From positions 1-30,114 of IMG/VR virus record IMGVR_UViG_3300044620_000182: DNA of 30,114 nucleotides, one strand, 5' to 3'. A program made the translations under genes and the position numbers. Below, in pieces: positions 1 through 9,691 of this stretch. Source of the stretch: a virus (lineage: Duplodnaviria; Caudoviricetes). The first letter of the stretch is position 1; each line of letters begins with the position of its first letter. The notes under the pieces are model-generated. The model was not told the origin of the DNA. It made no database searches and worked only from the letters and a program-made list of their open reading frames with translations.

Positions 1-129
1 TTTTTTTGTCAATTATTCAGCGAATTAATAAGCAATACCATAACCTCCTCAATGGTGAATCAGGAGATGGCGAAGAAGGTAGTGGATTTATGGCAAGGTG
101 GGGCTGGGTATTTAGCACTAAGCAGGTAG
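1..129 (+). CDS. 3' end of putative tail assembly chaperone (gpG-like), 5'-truncated
   Basis: Frame 1 is open from base 1 (FFCQLFSELISNTITSSMVNQEMAKKVVDLWQGGAGYLALSR, TAG 127-129) and begins in a T7 run; it overlaps a -1 frame ORF and lies upstream of tail genes. Confidence 0.45.
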   Translation, partial: FFCQLFSELISNTITSSMVNQEMAKKVVDLWQGGAGYLALSR

Positions 130-272
130 CCGATTTTCAGAACATCAAAGTTAATGATGCCTATGATCTGAGGGTAGTGGAGTACTTGAATACCCTAGCA
201 TATTTGAAGGATTACAATAAGGACAAAGAAGCGCAGTTAAAGAAATGGCAGTTGCAACAAAAACTCAAGTAG
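6..272 (+). CDS. putative frameshifted C-terminal extension of tail assembly chaperone (gpGT-like)
   Basis: ORF starts only at a TTG inside the T run and is in the -1 frame relative to 1..129; it contains GFMARWGW...LAYLKD. Confidence 0.5.
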   Translation: MSIIQRINKQYHNLLNGESGDGEEGSGFMARWGWVFSTKQVADFQNIKVNDAYDLRVVEYLNTLAYLKDYNKDKEAQLKKWQLQQKLK

Positions 273-865
273 CGAATTTAAACATAGGGGGAAGGAAACT
301 TGAGCCTAGCGAATATGTCGCTGCTGTAGAAGGCACGTTGATCAAAAACGTGAGCGATGCCATGACAAAACTAGGCATTAACATAGTTGAAAACCTAGCC
401 AAAAATACACCTGCGGATTCAGGTAGATTGTCTTCCTCTTTTTCTGTTATCGGGGTAAAGGAAACAAAGACCGGATACAGGCTTGAGATCGGGATAGGGG
501 TAGACTATGCCGACTACATAGATAAGGGGGTAAGGGGTATTCAAAACAAGCGCAAGACCTACAAGAATGATCAGGGAAAGTTCTACCAATTCAAGACCTA
601 TGGGATGCCTCCTGAAGCCTTACAGCAGTTGCAAGGTTGGATGCAACGGAAGAACATGGAGATAGAGGCTACTAACCTGATAGAGGGTAGAAATGTACTT
701 CCTCAGATTTCAACAAGTGCTAAGAGATTAGCCTACTACATCAAAAAGTACGGTATTGAAGGAAGGCAATTCATCAAGAAATCAATCGATGAAGCGACTC
801 CGGAATTTAACGTAGACATTCAAACCATTGGAAGTGATTCACTCGTTTTAAGAATAAGCAAATGA
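245..865 (+). CDS. HK97 gp10-like tail completion/neck protein
   Basis: Motifs TPADSGRLSSS, DYADYIDKG and GIEGRQFIKKSID resemble the HK97-gp10 family; tail context. Confidence 0.6.
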   Translation: MAVATKTQVANLNIGGRKLEPSEYVAAVEGTLIKNVSDAMTKLGINIVENLAKNTPADSGRLSSSFSVIGVKETKTGYRLEIGIGVDYADYIDKGVRGIQNKRKTYKNDQGKFYQFKTYGMPPEALQQLQGWMQRKNMEIEATNLIEGRNVLPQISTSAKRLAYYIKKYGIEGRQFIKKSIDEATPEFNVDIQTIGSDSLVLRISK

Positions 866-2043
866 TAACCCTAGTAGAACCAAGTATAGACATTCTTCCG
901 GCATTCAATCGGATTAACTACACGATAAGCAGCACGAACTCGGAAGAGATCGGTTTCAAGTATGTGGTCAAAGTATATAACTCAGATGATGAACTCGTGA
1001 CTACTGCATACTACGATTCACCTGCTGATCCTGGAGATCCTGTGGAGTTCGATGTTTCAAAATATGTATCTGTAGACTTCACCTACAGCAAAGGGTTCTA
1101 TGAAACGGCTACTTCCTCAAGTTCAAAGAATGCTATAAAGGGATACTACCTGAAGTGCTATGAGTACTATGAGGTTGATGGGGAATTTGTCATAGTCCTA
1201 GCAAGCGAAGTAGTGAGTGAGACCAAGTACGCTTTCGCAGGTGCTTTGCCTTTGCTAGAGTTGAAGAATTGGTACTCAGGCCAGGCTCAGTATTGGGGAT
1301 CTAGCAACACAGTCTACAAGCCTTTGACTGCATGGGATACCATCAAACTAAGAGAGACTGATGCTCAGGTTTTTGGCTTTATCAATACAGGGCTTTTGAC
1401 TAATGTAGAACTATTGGTAACCTACAATAACGCTACAACTCAGACCTACTATATCACACCTACCACAGTAACAAGCCCACATATCACCTACGTTCAGATC
1501 ACACCTTTGACCTATGGCGGTAGTGTGGCATCTATTCAATTATTCGTGAATTGGAATAACGGCTCTGCAAGGAGGTACAAATTCGCTACCCTATACACTC
1601 AATCATGTGGCAGGTACGATCCTATGAGGATAGCCTACCTAAACAAGTTCGGGGTTTATGATTTCTTTAACTTTGACCTAGTAAATAAGACTAGTTTTCA
1701 GATTGAAAAGAAGGGCTATGAGAGAAACTACAACGGAGATATATACGAGGCGAATGGGATCGTGGTGAAGAACGTTAATCCTATCTACTTCACAAAGGAA
1801 ACCCAGAACTGGAGAATCATTTCAGACTATATCAATGACGTGCAGGCGGAACTTCTCAGGGAACTGTACTCTTCCCCTTTGGTTTATTTGAACTTGGTGA
1901 ATGATAACTATATCACTCCTTCTTGGATTCCTGTGAAGCCTAACGCTACCACATACGAGGTGAAGAAAACTGCTTCGGATAAGTTATTCAATCTAGAAAT
2001 TGACGTAGAATTCCAACTACTAAACACCCGACAGGTAATATGA
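862..2043 (+). CDS. putative tail structural protein
   Basis: 393 aa, beta-rich; ATGA-coupled to both neighbours; C-terminal YLNKFGVYDFFNF motif of a kind seen in Bacteroidota-phage tail proteins. Confidence 0.55.
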   Translation: MITLVEPSIDILPAFNRINYTISSTNSEEIGFKYVVKVYNSDDELVTTAYYDSPADPGDPVEFDVSKYVSVDFTYSKGFYETATSSSSKNAIKGYYLKCYEYYEVDGEFVIVLASEVVSETKYAFAGALPLLELKNWYSGQAQYWGSSNTVYKPLTAWDTIKLRETDAQVFGFINTGLLTNVELLVTYNNATTQTYYITPTTVTSPHITYVQITPLTYGGSVASIQLFVNWNNGSARRYKFATLYTQSCGRYDPMRIAYLNKFGVYDFFNFDLVNKTSFQIEKKGYERNYNGDIYEANGIVVKNVNPIYFTKETQNWRIISDYINDVQAELLRELYSSPLVYLNLVNDNYITPSWIPVKPNATTYEVKKTASDKLFNLEIDVEFQLLNTRQVI

Positions 2044-4217
2044 GCGCAAGGCTATTCGTAGAAGGGATCGAAGCGGATACCCTTGGAGATATTGACGTAG
2101 ACTTCACCTTCTCGGTGGCGGATGTTAGCGACATTGAGAGGCGAAATACTTCCTATTCAAAGACTATTATCCTGCCAAACACGGCAAAAAACCAGAGCCT
2201 TTTTGGGAATATCTTTGATATTTCGGTGAATAATGACTACTATGAGGAGGATGTCAATATCGGGGTAAACTTTAACCCTGCTAAACAGGCAAAGGCTCAG
2301 ATCTTCCTTGATAACGTCAAGATATTTGACGGGGTTTTGAGGATGTCTAAGATTAATTCAAGGGAGGGAGATATCACTTATGAGGTTAATATGTTTGGAA
2401 GGCTTCGGGATATCCTCCATGAACTAGGTGATAAGACTCTGGCAGAACTAAATTTTGCAGACTATGACCATGTCTGGAATAGAACCAATATTGAAAATTC
2501 ATGGGGCAGGACTGAGTGGGTAGAAGGTGCGCAGAACTATGTCTATCCTTTGGTAGATTACGGCTATTCAGTTGACTCAATCACCTACCCTATCAAGAAC
2601 TTCAAGCCTGCTGTATTTGTCACAGAGATTTTGAGAAGGATATTTTCCGAGGCTAACTTTCAGGTAACTGCTCCTTTCTTCAATTCTTTCTATTTTAGAA
2701 AGTTGCTACTGATCACGGCCGAGAAGACCATCACAAGAGAAAGCACTACCCTACTCAATCAGACTCCTAACCTTCTACAGGTAAACGTCACGAATGATCC
2801 TGATTATTCTACCATCTTACGCTTCAGTTCGGTGGAGGCTTCAGGGTTTACCATCTCAGAACTAGGGTCAAAATTTACATGGACTAAGGCACAGCCTTTG
2901 AACACGGGATTGAACCTAAACTTGAGGGTATCTTTGACTGCATTACAAGCCTACACGGATAACGTGTGGACTGTCTCTGTTTTGAAGAACGGATCAGAGG
3001 TGCTGTACTCTTCTAGGAATGTCACCTTCATTCAGCAGGGGCAACTATTTATCTGGGATGTGGCAATAACCGGAGGCATTGATCTAGCACAAAATGATTT
3101 CTTTCAAATCAGGCTTACAGGTGAAGTGGCAGGAGGCGGAGGATATGGGGTAAACCTAGAAACTCAGGTAGTAGTAGCACCTATGGGGTCATTCAAGATA
3201 GGTAACACAGTACCCGTGGCGGTAGAACTTGAGGAAGGGGATACCATGAAAATAGGGTACACCTTGCCAAAGTCAATGAAGCAGCGGGATTTCTTGAAGT
3301 CTATCATTTCGATGTACAATCTTTATGTGACTCAAGACAGGCTTCGGACAAATGTCCTTGAGATCGTGCCCTATAATGAGTTCTACAGAACCTTCAAAGA
3401 TCAGGCACTTGATTGGAGTGATAAACTAGACCAATCACAGGACATCACTATCACCCCTCTTTCCGAACTATCGGCGAAGGAATACAGGCTTACCTTTGAT
3501 GATGATTCAGACTACTGGTCTACTTCCTATAAGACCAAATTTAATGAGGCTTATGGGGAATCTAGGACTATAATTGACAATGATTTTATACTTGATACAA
3601 AGACTGTGAAGGTGGTCTTTGCTCCTCCGGTAATGCGTGAACAGGTAGCAGGTAGAATCATGATTCACCTTTACAAGGTAGAGAATGGGGTCAAAGTACC
3701 TGATAACTTCAAGCCTAGAATAGCGTATTGGAAGCCACAGGTTGACTGCCCTTCTTGGAATATCGGATATTCTACGGGAAACATAGCCTATACTACCTAT
3801 CCGTATGCAGGTCACCTAGACGATCCTATCGAGCCGCAGACAGATGTGCTGTTTTCCTTCCCTCGGGAGGTCTATTTCAGCATTGGTTTATACCCTCAAA
3901 ATAATAACTTGTATACTGAGTATTACGAGGGGCTAATCACTTCGATAGGTGACAGGAATAGTAGGCTTTTGGAAGGGTATTTTTACCTAACCCCTACCGA
4001 TATTTCAAACCTAGATTTCAGGACTATTGTGAAGGTAGGTGTTCACTACTTCCAACTTGAGAAGGTGGATAAATATAACCCGATAGCGAACGGATTATCC
4101 TACGTTTCTCTATTCAAGATCCTGAGAAATGTAAGCCCTGTGGACTATGACTACATCCTTCTTGAGAATGATGCCTACATGCTACAGGAAAACGGAAGTT
4201 CTAGATTTTATATTTAA
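2040..4217 (+). CDS. tail tip / baseplate hub-like protein
   Basis: 725 aa; N-terminal FSVADVSDIERRNTSYSKTIILP, YVYPLVDYG and DWSDKLD motifs; directly upstream of the tail fibre. Confidence 0.6.
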   Translation: MSARLFVEGIEADTLGDIDVDFTFSVADVSDIERRNTSYSKTIILPNTAKNQSLFGNIFDISVNNDYYEEDVNIGVNFNPAKQAKAQIFLDNVKIFDGVLRMSKINSREGDITYEVNMFGRLRDILHELGDKTLAELNFADYDHVWNRTNIENSWGRTEWVEGAQNYVYPLVDYGYSVDSITYPIKNFKPAVFVTEILRRIFSEANFQVTAPFFNSFYFRKLLLITAEKTITRESTTLLNQTPNLLQVNVTNDPDYSTILRFSSVEASGFTISELGSKFTWTKAQPLNTGLNLNLRVSLTALQAYTDNVWTVSVLKNGSEVLYSSRNVTFIQQGQLFIWDVAITGGIDLAQNDFFQIRLTGEVAGGGGYGVNLETQVVVAPMGSFKIGNTVPVAVELEEGDTMKIGYTLPKSMKQRDFLKSIISMYNLYVTQDRLRTNVLEIVPYNEFYRTFKDQALDWSDKLDQSQDITITPLSELSAKEYRLTFDDDSDYWSTSYKTKFNEAYGESRTIIDNDFILDTKTVKVVFAPPVMREQVAGRIMIHLYKVENGVKVPDNFKPRIAYWKPQVDCPSWNIGYSTGNIAYTTYPYAGHLDDPIEPQTDVLFSFPREVYFSIGLYPQNNNLYTEYYEGLITSIGDRNSRLLEGYFYLTPTDISNLDFRTIVKVGVHYFQLEKVDKYNPIANGLSYVSLFKILRNVSPVDYDYILLENDAYMLQENGSSRFYI

Positions 4218-4225
4218 TCGATATG
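4189..4225 (+). promoter_or_regulatory. candidate late promoter (weaker copy) for tail fibre
   Basis: AAAACG-N14-TATATTT-N7-ATG(4223); similar geometry to the sites at 9656, 10594 and 12809. Confidence 0.35.
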
Positions 4226-7200
4226 GCAGATAAGAGAATAAGTCAACTAGTAGAACGCACAGACATTGCGAATAATGATGTGCTTCCTATTGTAGCAAGC
4301 GGTGCTACCACTACGAACAAGGTAACTATATCAACCCTTCAGGATTGGATGCAAGACAACCTAGATGTAGGGGTGACTTCGGTAGGTCTTTCAGTACCTT
4401 CTGCCTTTACTGTATCTGGTAGCCCTGTAACTACAAGCGGAAATATCACTATTTCAGGAGCAGGTACTACAGCGCAGTACATCCGTGGAGATGGTAGCCT
4501 AGCAGACTTCCCTTCAAGTTTAGGTGGAGGCGGTGCTTCAGTTTCTTACTACCTAAATGGATCAGTAAATCAAGGGACTATCGGAGGTGTGGCTTATCGT
4601 GAATTGAGCAAATCACCTATTTTGGGAGCAGGCACAGATTTCACCATCAATGCAGATGGCTATATAGCCTCATTCATTACGGATGCCGGAGATCCTAGCC
4701 TACTAGAAATACCTGGAGGTAATTGGAATTTTGAAACCTACTTTCAAGCATCTTCAGGAGGTGGAACTCCTACTTTCTATGTAGAACTTTACAAGGTAAG
4801 TTCAGGCGGTACTGCTACCTTGATAGCGACTAGCAGCGGAAGCCCTGAGTTGATTGCCTTCGGTACTAATACTACCCCTTACTTTTCTTCTTTGGCAGTA
4901 CCTACTACTACCCTAGCCCTTACAGATAGGCTTGCTATCCGTTACTATGTGGCTCACTCAGGTAGGACTATCACGCTACACACAGAAAATAATACCCTTT
5001 GTCAAATCATTACTACATTCACTACGGGCTTAACTGCTTTGAATGGATTGACTGCTCAGGTGCAGAACTTTGCAACGGGAACAAGTGGCACGGATTTCAA
5101 TATCTCAAGCGCAAGCACTACTCACACGTTCAATCTTCCAGATGCTTCTGCTTCGAATAGAGGGGTAGTAACTACAGGAAGCCAAGTTTTTGGAGGGGTT
5201 AAGACCTTTTCTAATGGCTTATCTTTATCTGCTGTAGGTGGTAGCAATCAGGTGACTAGATTGGTCAACATTGGAACTCTGCATGAAGGTAGTGCTACCT
5301 TGAACCAGATAGGCTTCAATAGTGCAAATAATATCTACTTCGGAAAAGGTCTTTCAAATGGAGGGGTACTTCAATGGACAAATTCAGCGGTAAGGTATTA
5401 CACTTTGCCGGATGCTGATGGTACTCTTGCTTTGGCTAGTCAACTAGGTGCTTATCTTCCTTTGGCAGGTGGTACTTTGACAGGTGCTTTAGGTGGTACT
5501 AGCCTAAACTTTAGCGGTGATATTCAAACGGCTACAAGGCTAATCTCCGCAACAGGTGGACAGCAAATTTTAATAAATGCAAATAATGGAGGATCTACCA
5601 ACCGAGTAGAAAGCGTAGGCACTTTACCTTTGGCTTTGGTATCTGCTGCTGCTATAACCCTAGCAGCCGGAGGAACTACTCCGCAGATTACTTTGGCTAC
5701 TACGGGCAATTTAGGTGTAAACAATTCTTCACCTGCTGAAAGATTAGTGGTAGGCGGTGCAATAATGTCAACTGGAGGAATCACAGGTCACGGAGCAAAC
5801 AGAACCACTATTTCACAAGAAGGAAGTAGTGGTGCATTTTGGCAATCTTACGGGGCTAATTCCTCAACAGTAGGAACTTTTGTTTTAAGGCAAGCAAGTT
5901 CAGATTTTAGCATTACAAGAACACCTTTATCAATTGATACCACAGGCGCTGCTACCTTCTCAAGCAGCGTGACTGCTAATAGATTAACTGCAAGCAATTC
6001 AACAGATTTGCTTTTGAATTTAGAAAGGACAGCAGTAGGGGCTTGGGGCTTTAATGTAACTTCAGGAGGTAATTTGTTTTTGAATAACAGATTCGGAACT
6101 AATGTTTTTCACATAGCCGATTTAGGCAACGTAGGCATCGGCACGGCTAGTCCTGTATCAAAACTATCCGTAGATGGTGATATAAAATTACAAAGTTCAA
6201 CTGCAACGGCTAAATCTATTTTATTCTCAAGCCCTGCATCAAATTGGGGACCTCAAGATTCAAGCATAAAATTCACTCCTGCTGATGGGACTAATGCCGC
6301 AACTTCTTTAAGTTTTAACTTATGGGATGGATTAACAAATACCACCGAAAGAATGCGCATTACTTCGGGGGGGAATGTATTAATCGGCACTGCAACGGAT
6401 AATGCAGGTGGGCAAAAATTACAAGTCAATGGTTCAGTACTTGTAGATGCTTTTAGTTCAGGTAATGAAACAGGCATATTTTTTAGAAGTGGTGCGGCAT
6501 CAAGTTTTAAGTACAATCTATCAATATTAGCATTTGACAATGATGCAGGAGGTTCCCCCGATGGTCTTTCTATCAATGGTTTTGATGGTGTATCTATTTG
6601 TACAGGTTCAAATACTAGGCAAGAAAGAATGCGCATCACTTCGGGGGGGGCATTTAAAGCAAGCAATTCAGGGGATTATTTAAATTCAACTGCTGCGTAT
6701 CACGAATTAAGACAAGGAACAACCGATACAAACATAGCAATATTTACAAATACTGCTGCAAGTCCTTACGGCCCTCTTTTTAGGTTTACAGGAGCAACAC
6801 CAAATAATGCGGTAAATTATTTCATTTCTTGCGATGATTCTTCAGGATCAGATAGATTTGTTGTGCTATCAAATGGTGGAATTAAAAACTATGCTGCCAA
6901 CAATGTAATTTTATCCGATGCAAGATTAAAAAAGGAGATTGAACCTTTGGAATCTTATTGGGATAAATTCAAGGCAATTGAAATAGTCAAATACAAGTAC
7001 ATTGACCAAACACATGATGATTTTAATATTGGGGTAATCGCTCAACAAGTTGAAAGCATAGCACCTGAATTTGTTGATGTAGATGGATGGGATACCAATC
7101 CTAAACTAGATGAAGAAGGCAATGAAATTGTAAGCGAAGAAGAACCAATCAAATCAATATATGCTTCCGACTTGCATCACGCAACTATCAAAGTACTTCA

Positions 7201-7273
7201 GGAAGCAATGGAAAAAATTGAAGAATTACAAATCCAAATCGATTCACTTAAAAACCAAATGCAAACAAAATGA
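4223..7273 (+). CDS. tail fibre/spike with C-terminal intramolecular chaperone (peptidase S74-like) domain
   Basis: 1016 aa, G/S/T-rich with GNVGIGT and ERMRITSGG repeats; C-terminal SDARLKKEI...IGVIAQQVE plus a terminal coiled coil is the S74 autocleavage signature. Confidence 0.85.
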   Translation: MADKRISQLVERTDIANNDVLPIVASGATTTNKVTISTLQDWMQDNLDVGVTSVGLSVPSAFTVSGSPVTTSGNITISGAGTTAQYIRGDGSLADFPSSLGGGGASVSYYLNGSVNQGTIGGVAYRELSKSPILGAGTDFTINADGYIASFITDAGDPSLLEIPGGNWNFETYFQASSGGGTPTFYVELYKVSSGGTATLIATSSGSPELIAFGTNTTPYFSSLAVPTTTLALTDRLAIRYYVAHSGRTITLHTENNTLCQIITTFTTGLTALNGLTAQVQNFATGTSGTDFNISSASTTHTFNLPDASASNRGVVTTGSQVFGGVKTFSNGLSLSAVGGSNQVTRLVNIGTLHEGSATLNQIGFNSANNIYFGKGLSNGGVLQWTNSAVRYYTLPDADGTLALASQLGAYLPLAGGTLTGALGGTSLNFSGDIQTATRLISATGGQQILINANNGGSTNRVESVGTLPLALVSAAAITLAAGGTTPQITLATTGNLGVNNSSPAERLVVGGAIMSTGGITGHGANRTTISQEGSSGAFWQSYGANSSTVGTFVLRQASSDFSITRTPLSIDTTGAATFSSSVTANRLTASNSTDLLLNLERTAVGAWGFNVTSGGNLFLNNRFGTNVFHIADLGNVGIGTASPVSKLSVDGDIKLQSSTATAKSILFSSPASNWGPQDSSIKFTPADGTNAATSLSFNLWDGLTNTTERMRITSGGNVLIGTATDNAGGQKLQVNGSVLVDAFSSGNETGIFFRSGAASSFKYNLSILAFDNDAGGSPDGLSINGFDGVSICTGSNTRQERMRITSGGAFKASNSGDYLNSTAAYHELRQGTTDTNIAIFTNTAASPYGPLFRFTGATPNNAVNYFISCDDSSGSDRFVVLSNGGIKNYAANNVILSDARLKKEIEPLESYWDKFKAIEIVKYKYIDQTHDDFNIGVIAQQVESIAPEFVDVDGWDTNPKLDEEGNEIVSEEEPIKSIYASDLHHATIKVLQEAMEKIEELQIQIDSLKNQMQTK
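6347..6649 (+). repeat. 27-nt direct repeat GAAAGAATGCGCATyACTTCGGGGGGG (6347-6373 and 6623-6649)
   Basis: 26/27 identical, 276 nt apart, in frame, each encoding ERMRITSGG. Confidence 0.9.
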
Positions 7274-7416
7274 AAATCACGCTTAACGAAGACCAAATCA
7301 AAATGCTTGAAGCATGGGCGCAAGAGTTGCCCACAAAGTACGGGATGTCCTTCATCCAATTCCTAGCACAGCAAGTGCAGGAGCAGAACCCGAAGGAAGA
7401 AGCAGAAGCAGAGTAA
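7270..7416 (+). CDS. small hypothetical protein (48 aa), not in ORF track
   Basis: ATGA overlap with the fibre stop; MKITLNEDQIKMLEAWAQELPTKYGMSFIQFLAQQVQEQNPKEEAEAE*. Confidence 0.7.
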   Translation: MKITLNEDQIKMLEAWAQELPTKYGMSFIQFLAQQVQEQNPKEEAEAE

Positions 7417-7424
7417 AAATCAAA

Positions 7425-7448
7425 TGGGGAATTCTTGGGGATTCCCCA
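7425..7448. other. intergenic hairpin (possible terminator or processing site)
   Basis: TGGGGAAT(7425-7432)/ATTCCCCA(7441-7448) perfect 8-bp stem; no immediate T-tract on the + strand. Confidence 0.4.
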
Positions 7449-7469
7449 AACCTTTAAAATACCTATCCA

Positions 7470-9677
7470 ATGGCTGAAGAAAATAAAATCATTTTAGATG
7501 CAGATGTCAAACCCCTCAAGAAACAATTAAGGGAAGCGACTCAGGAGTTACAACAAGCACGGCAAAAGTACGGTGAACTAAGTGATGAAGCGGTACAGGC
7601 AGCGCAGAAGGTAGCAGGCATTCGTGATGAGATTGATGCAGCCAATGAGGCGGCTCAGTTATTTGATCCAGGCAAAAGGTTTCAGGCATTGACTACGGCA
7701 GCCTCCACAGCAGCCGGAGGTATTGCAGCAGTTCAGGGTGCAATGGCTTTATTCGGTAACGAATCCGAAGATGTAGAAAAAGCACTCTTGAAAGTTCAGT
7801 CTGCAATGGCACTTTCTCAGGGGCTTTCACAATTGAAAGACATTGGAAAAGTAGGTGAGCAGTTGAGTATTACCTTCAAGGGATTGACGGCAGGGGCGAA
7901 CGGATTTAAAAAGGCTTTGATTTCTACGGGTATTGGTGCTTTGGTAGTGGCTGTCGGCCTATTAGTGGCTTACTGGGAAGACATCATGGCTTTGGTGGGT
8001 GGTGTATCAAGTGAGCAGAAAAAACTCAATGAGGCTACCCAAAAAGATCTAGCAGCGAATCAGGAAAAACTTGAGGCTATTGATGGGCAGACTAATCAAT
8101 TGAAACTTCAAGGAAAATCTGAGGAGGAGATACTTCAGTTGAAGATGGCACAAACCGATGAGGCTATCAAATCGGCTGAGATCAACCTTCAGAATGCAGA
8201 GGCTACTAAGCAAGCACAGGTAGAAGCGGCAAAAAGGAATCAGGCTATCCTTGCAGGGATACTTAAATTCGTTTCTCTACCATTGACAATGATCCTAGGA
8301 TCTATTGATAATATCAGCATGGCCTTGAAGCAGTTTGGGGTCATTGAGGAAGCAACTAGTCTACTAGATGACACCACTAACTACCTAGCCTCTTTTGTAT
8401 TTGATCCTGAAGCGGTAGCGGAAGAGGGAGATGCTACGATAAAAGAAGCGCAGGGTACTCTTGACCGATTGAAGGAGCAGAGAGCAGGCTACGATTTGGA
8501 AGTAATGGAAGGCCAAAAAGCAGCCGGAGAAAAGGCAAGTGCAGAAAGAGAAAAGCAGATGCAGAAGGAGATGGAGGCTGAGGCTATACTTCAGGAAGCA
8601 AGAACTAAAATGCTAAACGAGCAGCAGCAGCAGGAGGAAGCAATCAAGAAAACCTATGCTGAAAAGCAGAAGAAACTAGATGAAGCAGGGGTGAAAGATG
8701 ACGGCAGTTTGGAGGCTGCAAGAAGCAAAGAACTTCAGGCGGTACGGGAAAAATTCCAAAAGGAGGAAGCCCAGAAAGAGGCAGAATTCCAGAAGCAATT
8801 GAATGACATTCGAACTCAGACTAGGCTTGAAGGAATCACAGATGAAAACGAAAAAGCAAGGGAGCAGATCCTGATAGAATATCAGAAGCAGAGAGATGAA
8901 GTACTCAATAACGAGAAACTAACTTCCGAGCAGAAGACAGCACTTCAACTAGAACTAGCACAGCAGGAACAGCAGGCACTTGCTACCCTTCAGGAAAGCA
9001 TTGATCTAGCAAATTCAGAAAGGGCTATTGCAGAACTAGATGCAGAGATGAAACAGGCGGAGGCAAGTTTCCAAATTCAAAAGGATTTAATTGACCAGAA
9101 AGAAGCCCTATCCCTTGAGCAGTTTCAAAAGGGATTGATTAATGAGCAGCAATATAATGAAGCCTTAAAGGGATACTCTGAGGCTAGAATGGAAATAGAT
9201 AAAAAAGAGAATGAGGCTAAGATGGCAAATGCCGAAATGGCTTCAGGTCTTCTAAGTACTGTCTCTGATCTAGTAGGAAAGAACACGGCAGCGGGAAAGG
9301 CTACGGCCATTGCTGCTACCACTATTGACACCTATCTAGGTGCGCAGAAAGCCTATACTTCGCAGTTGATTCCAGGTGATCCATCTTCCCCTATTCGGGC
9401 TGCCATTGCTGCTGCTATTGCGGTAGCCGGTGGTATTAAGAACGTGAGGGAGATTGTGAAAACTAAGGTGCCTGGAGGAGGTGCTGCTTCTGCTCCTTCG
9501 ATTTCGGCTGCTGCTCCTGGTAGTGTTCCTCAAGTACCTACTATCGGGAACAGCCCTATCACGGCATTAGGTGCAGCAATGCAACCTACCCAACCTTTGA
9601 GGGCTTATGTGGTAGAAAGCGAAGTGACAGGAACTCAGAAGCGTGTGGCAGATATTGAACGTAGAGCAGGATTCTAA
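7470..9677 (+). CDS. tape measure protein
   Basis: 735 aa, helical, A/E/Q/K-rich, with hydrophobic segments (ALISTGIGALVVAVGLLVAYW) and C-terminal RAYVVESEVT motif. Confidence 0.8.
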   Translation: MAEENKIILDADVKPLKKQLREATQELQQARQKYGELSDEAVQAAQKVAGIRDEIDAANEAAQLFDPGKRFQALTTAASTAAGGIAAVQGAMALFGNESEDVEKALLKVQSAMALSQGLSQLKDIGKVGEQLSITFKGLTAGANGFKKALISTGIGALVVAVGLLVAYWEDIMALVGGVSSEQKKLNEATQKDLAANQEKLEAIDGQTNQLKLQGKSEEEILQLKMAQTDEAIKSAEINLQNAEATKQAQVEAAKRNQAILAGILKFVSLPLTMILGSIDNISMALKQFGVIEEATSLLDDTTNYLASFVFDPEAVAEEGDATIKEAQGTLDRLKEQRAGYDLEVMEGQKAAGEKASAEREKQMQKEMEAEAILQEARTKMLNEQQQQEEAIKKTYAEKQKKLDEAGVKDDGSLEAARSKELQAVREKFQKEEAQKEAEFQKQLNDIRTQTRLEGITDENEKAREQILIEYQKQRDEVLNNEKLTSEQKTALQLELAQQEQQALATLQESIDLANSERAIAELDAEMKQAEASFQIQKDLIDQKEALSLEQFQKGLINEQQYNEALKGYSEARMEIDKKENEAKMANAEMASGLLSTVSDLVGKNTAAGKATAIAATTIDTYLGAQKAYTSQLIPGDPSSPIRAAIAAAIAVAGGIKNVREIVKTKVPGGGAASAPSISAAAPGSVPQVPTIGNSPITALGAAMQPTQPLRAYVVESEVTGTQKRVADIERRAGF

Positions 9678-9691
9678 TACTTAAAGATATG
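9656..9691 (+). promoter_or_regulatory. candidate late promoter for protease gene
   Basis: TGAACG-N14-AATACTT-N6-ATG(9689). Confidence 0.5.

Noticed and set aside
4223-7273. Diversity-generating retroelement or invertase shufflon acting on the tail fibre
   Set aside because: No reverse transcriptase or recombinase gene in the window, no ~100-nt TR/VR pair with A-specific mismatches, and the repeats are direct rather than inverted.
7458-7472. AATACCT before the TMP ATG, and AATATTC before 17226, as additional late promoters
   Set aside because: The downstream element is similar but spacing is shorter and the upstream TG(A/T)AC element is missing.
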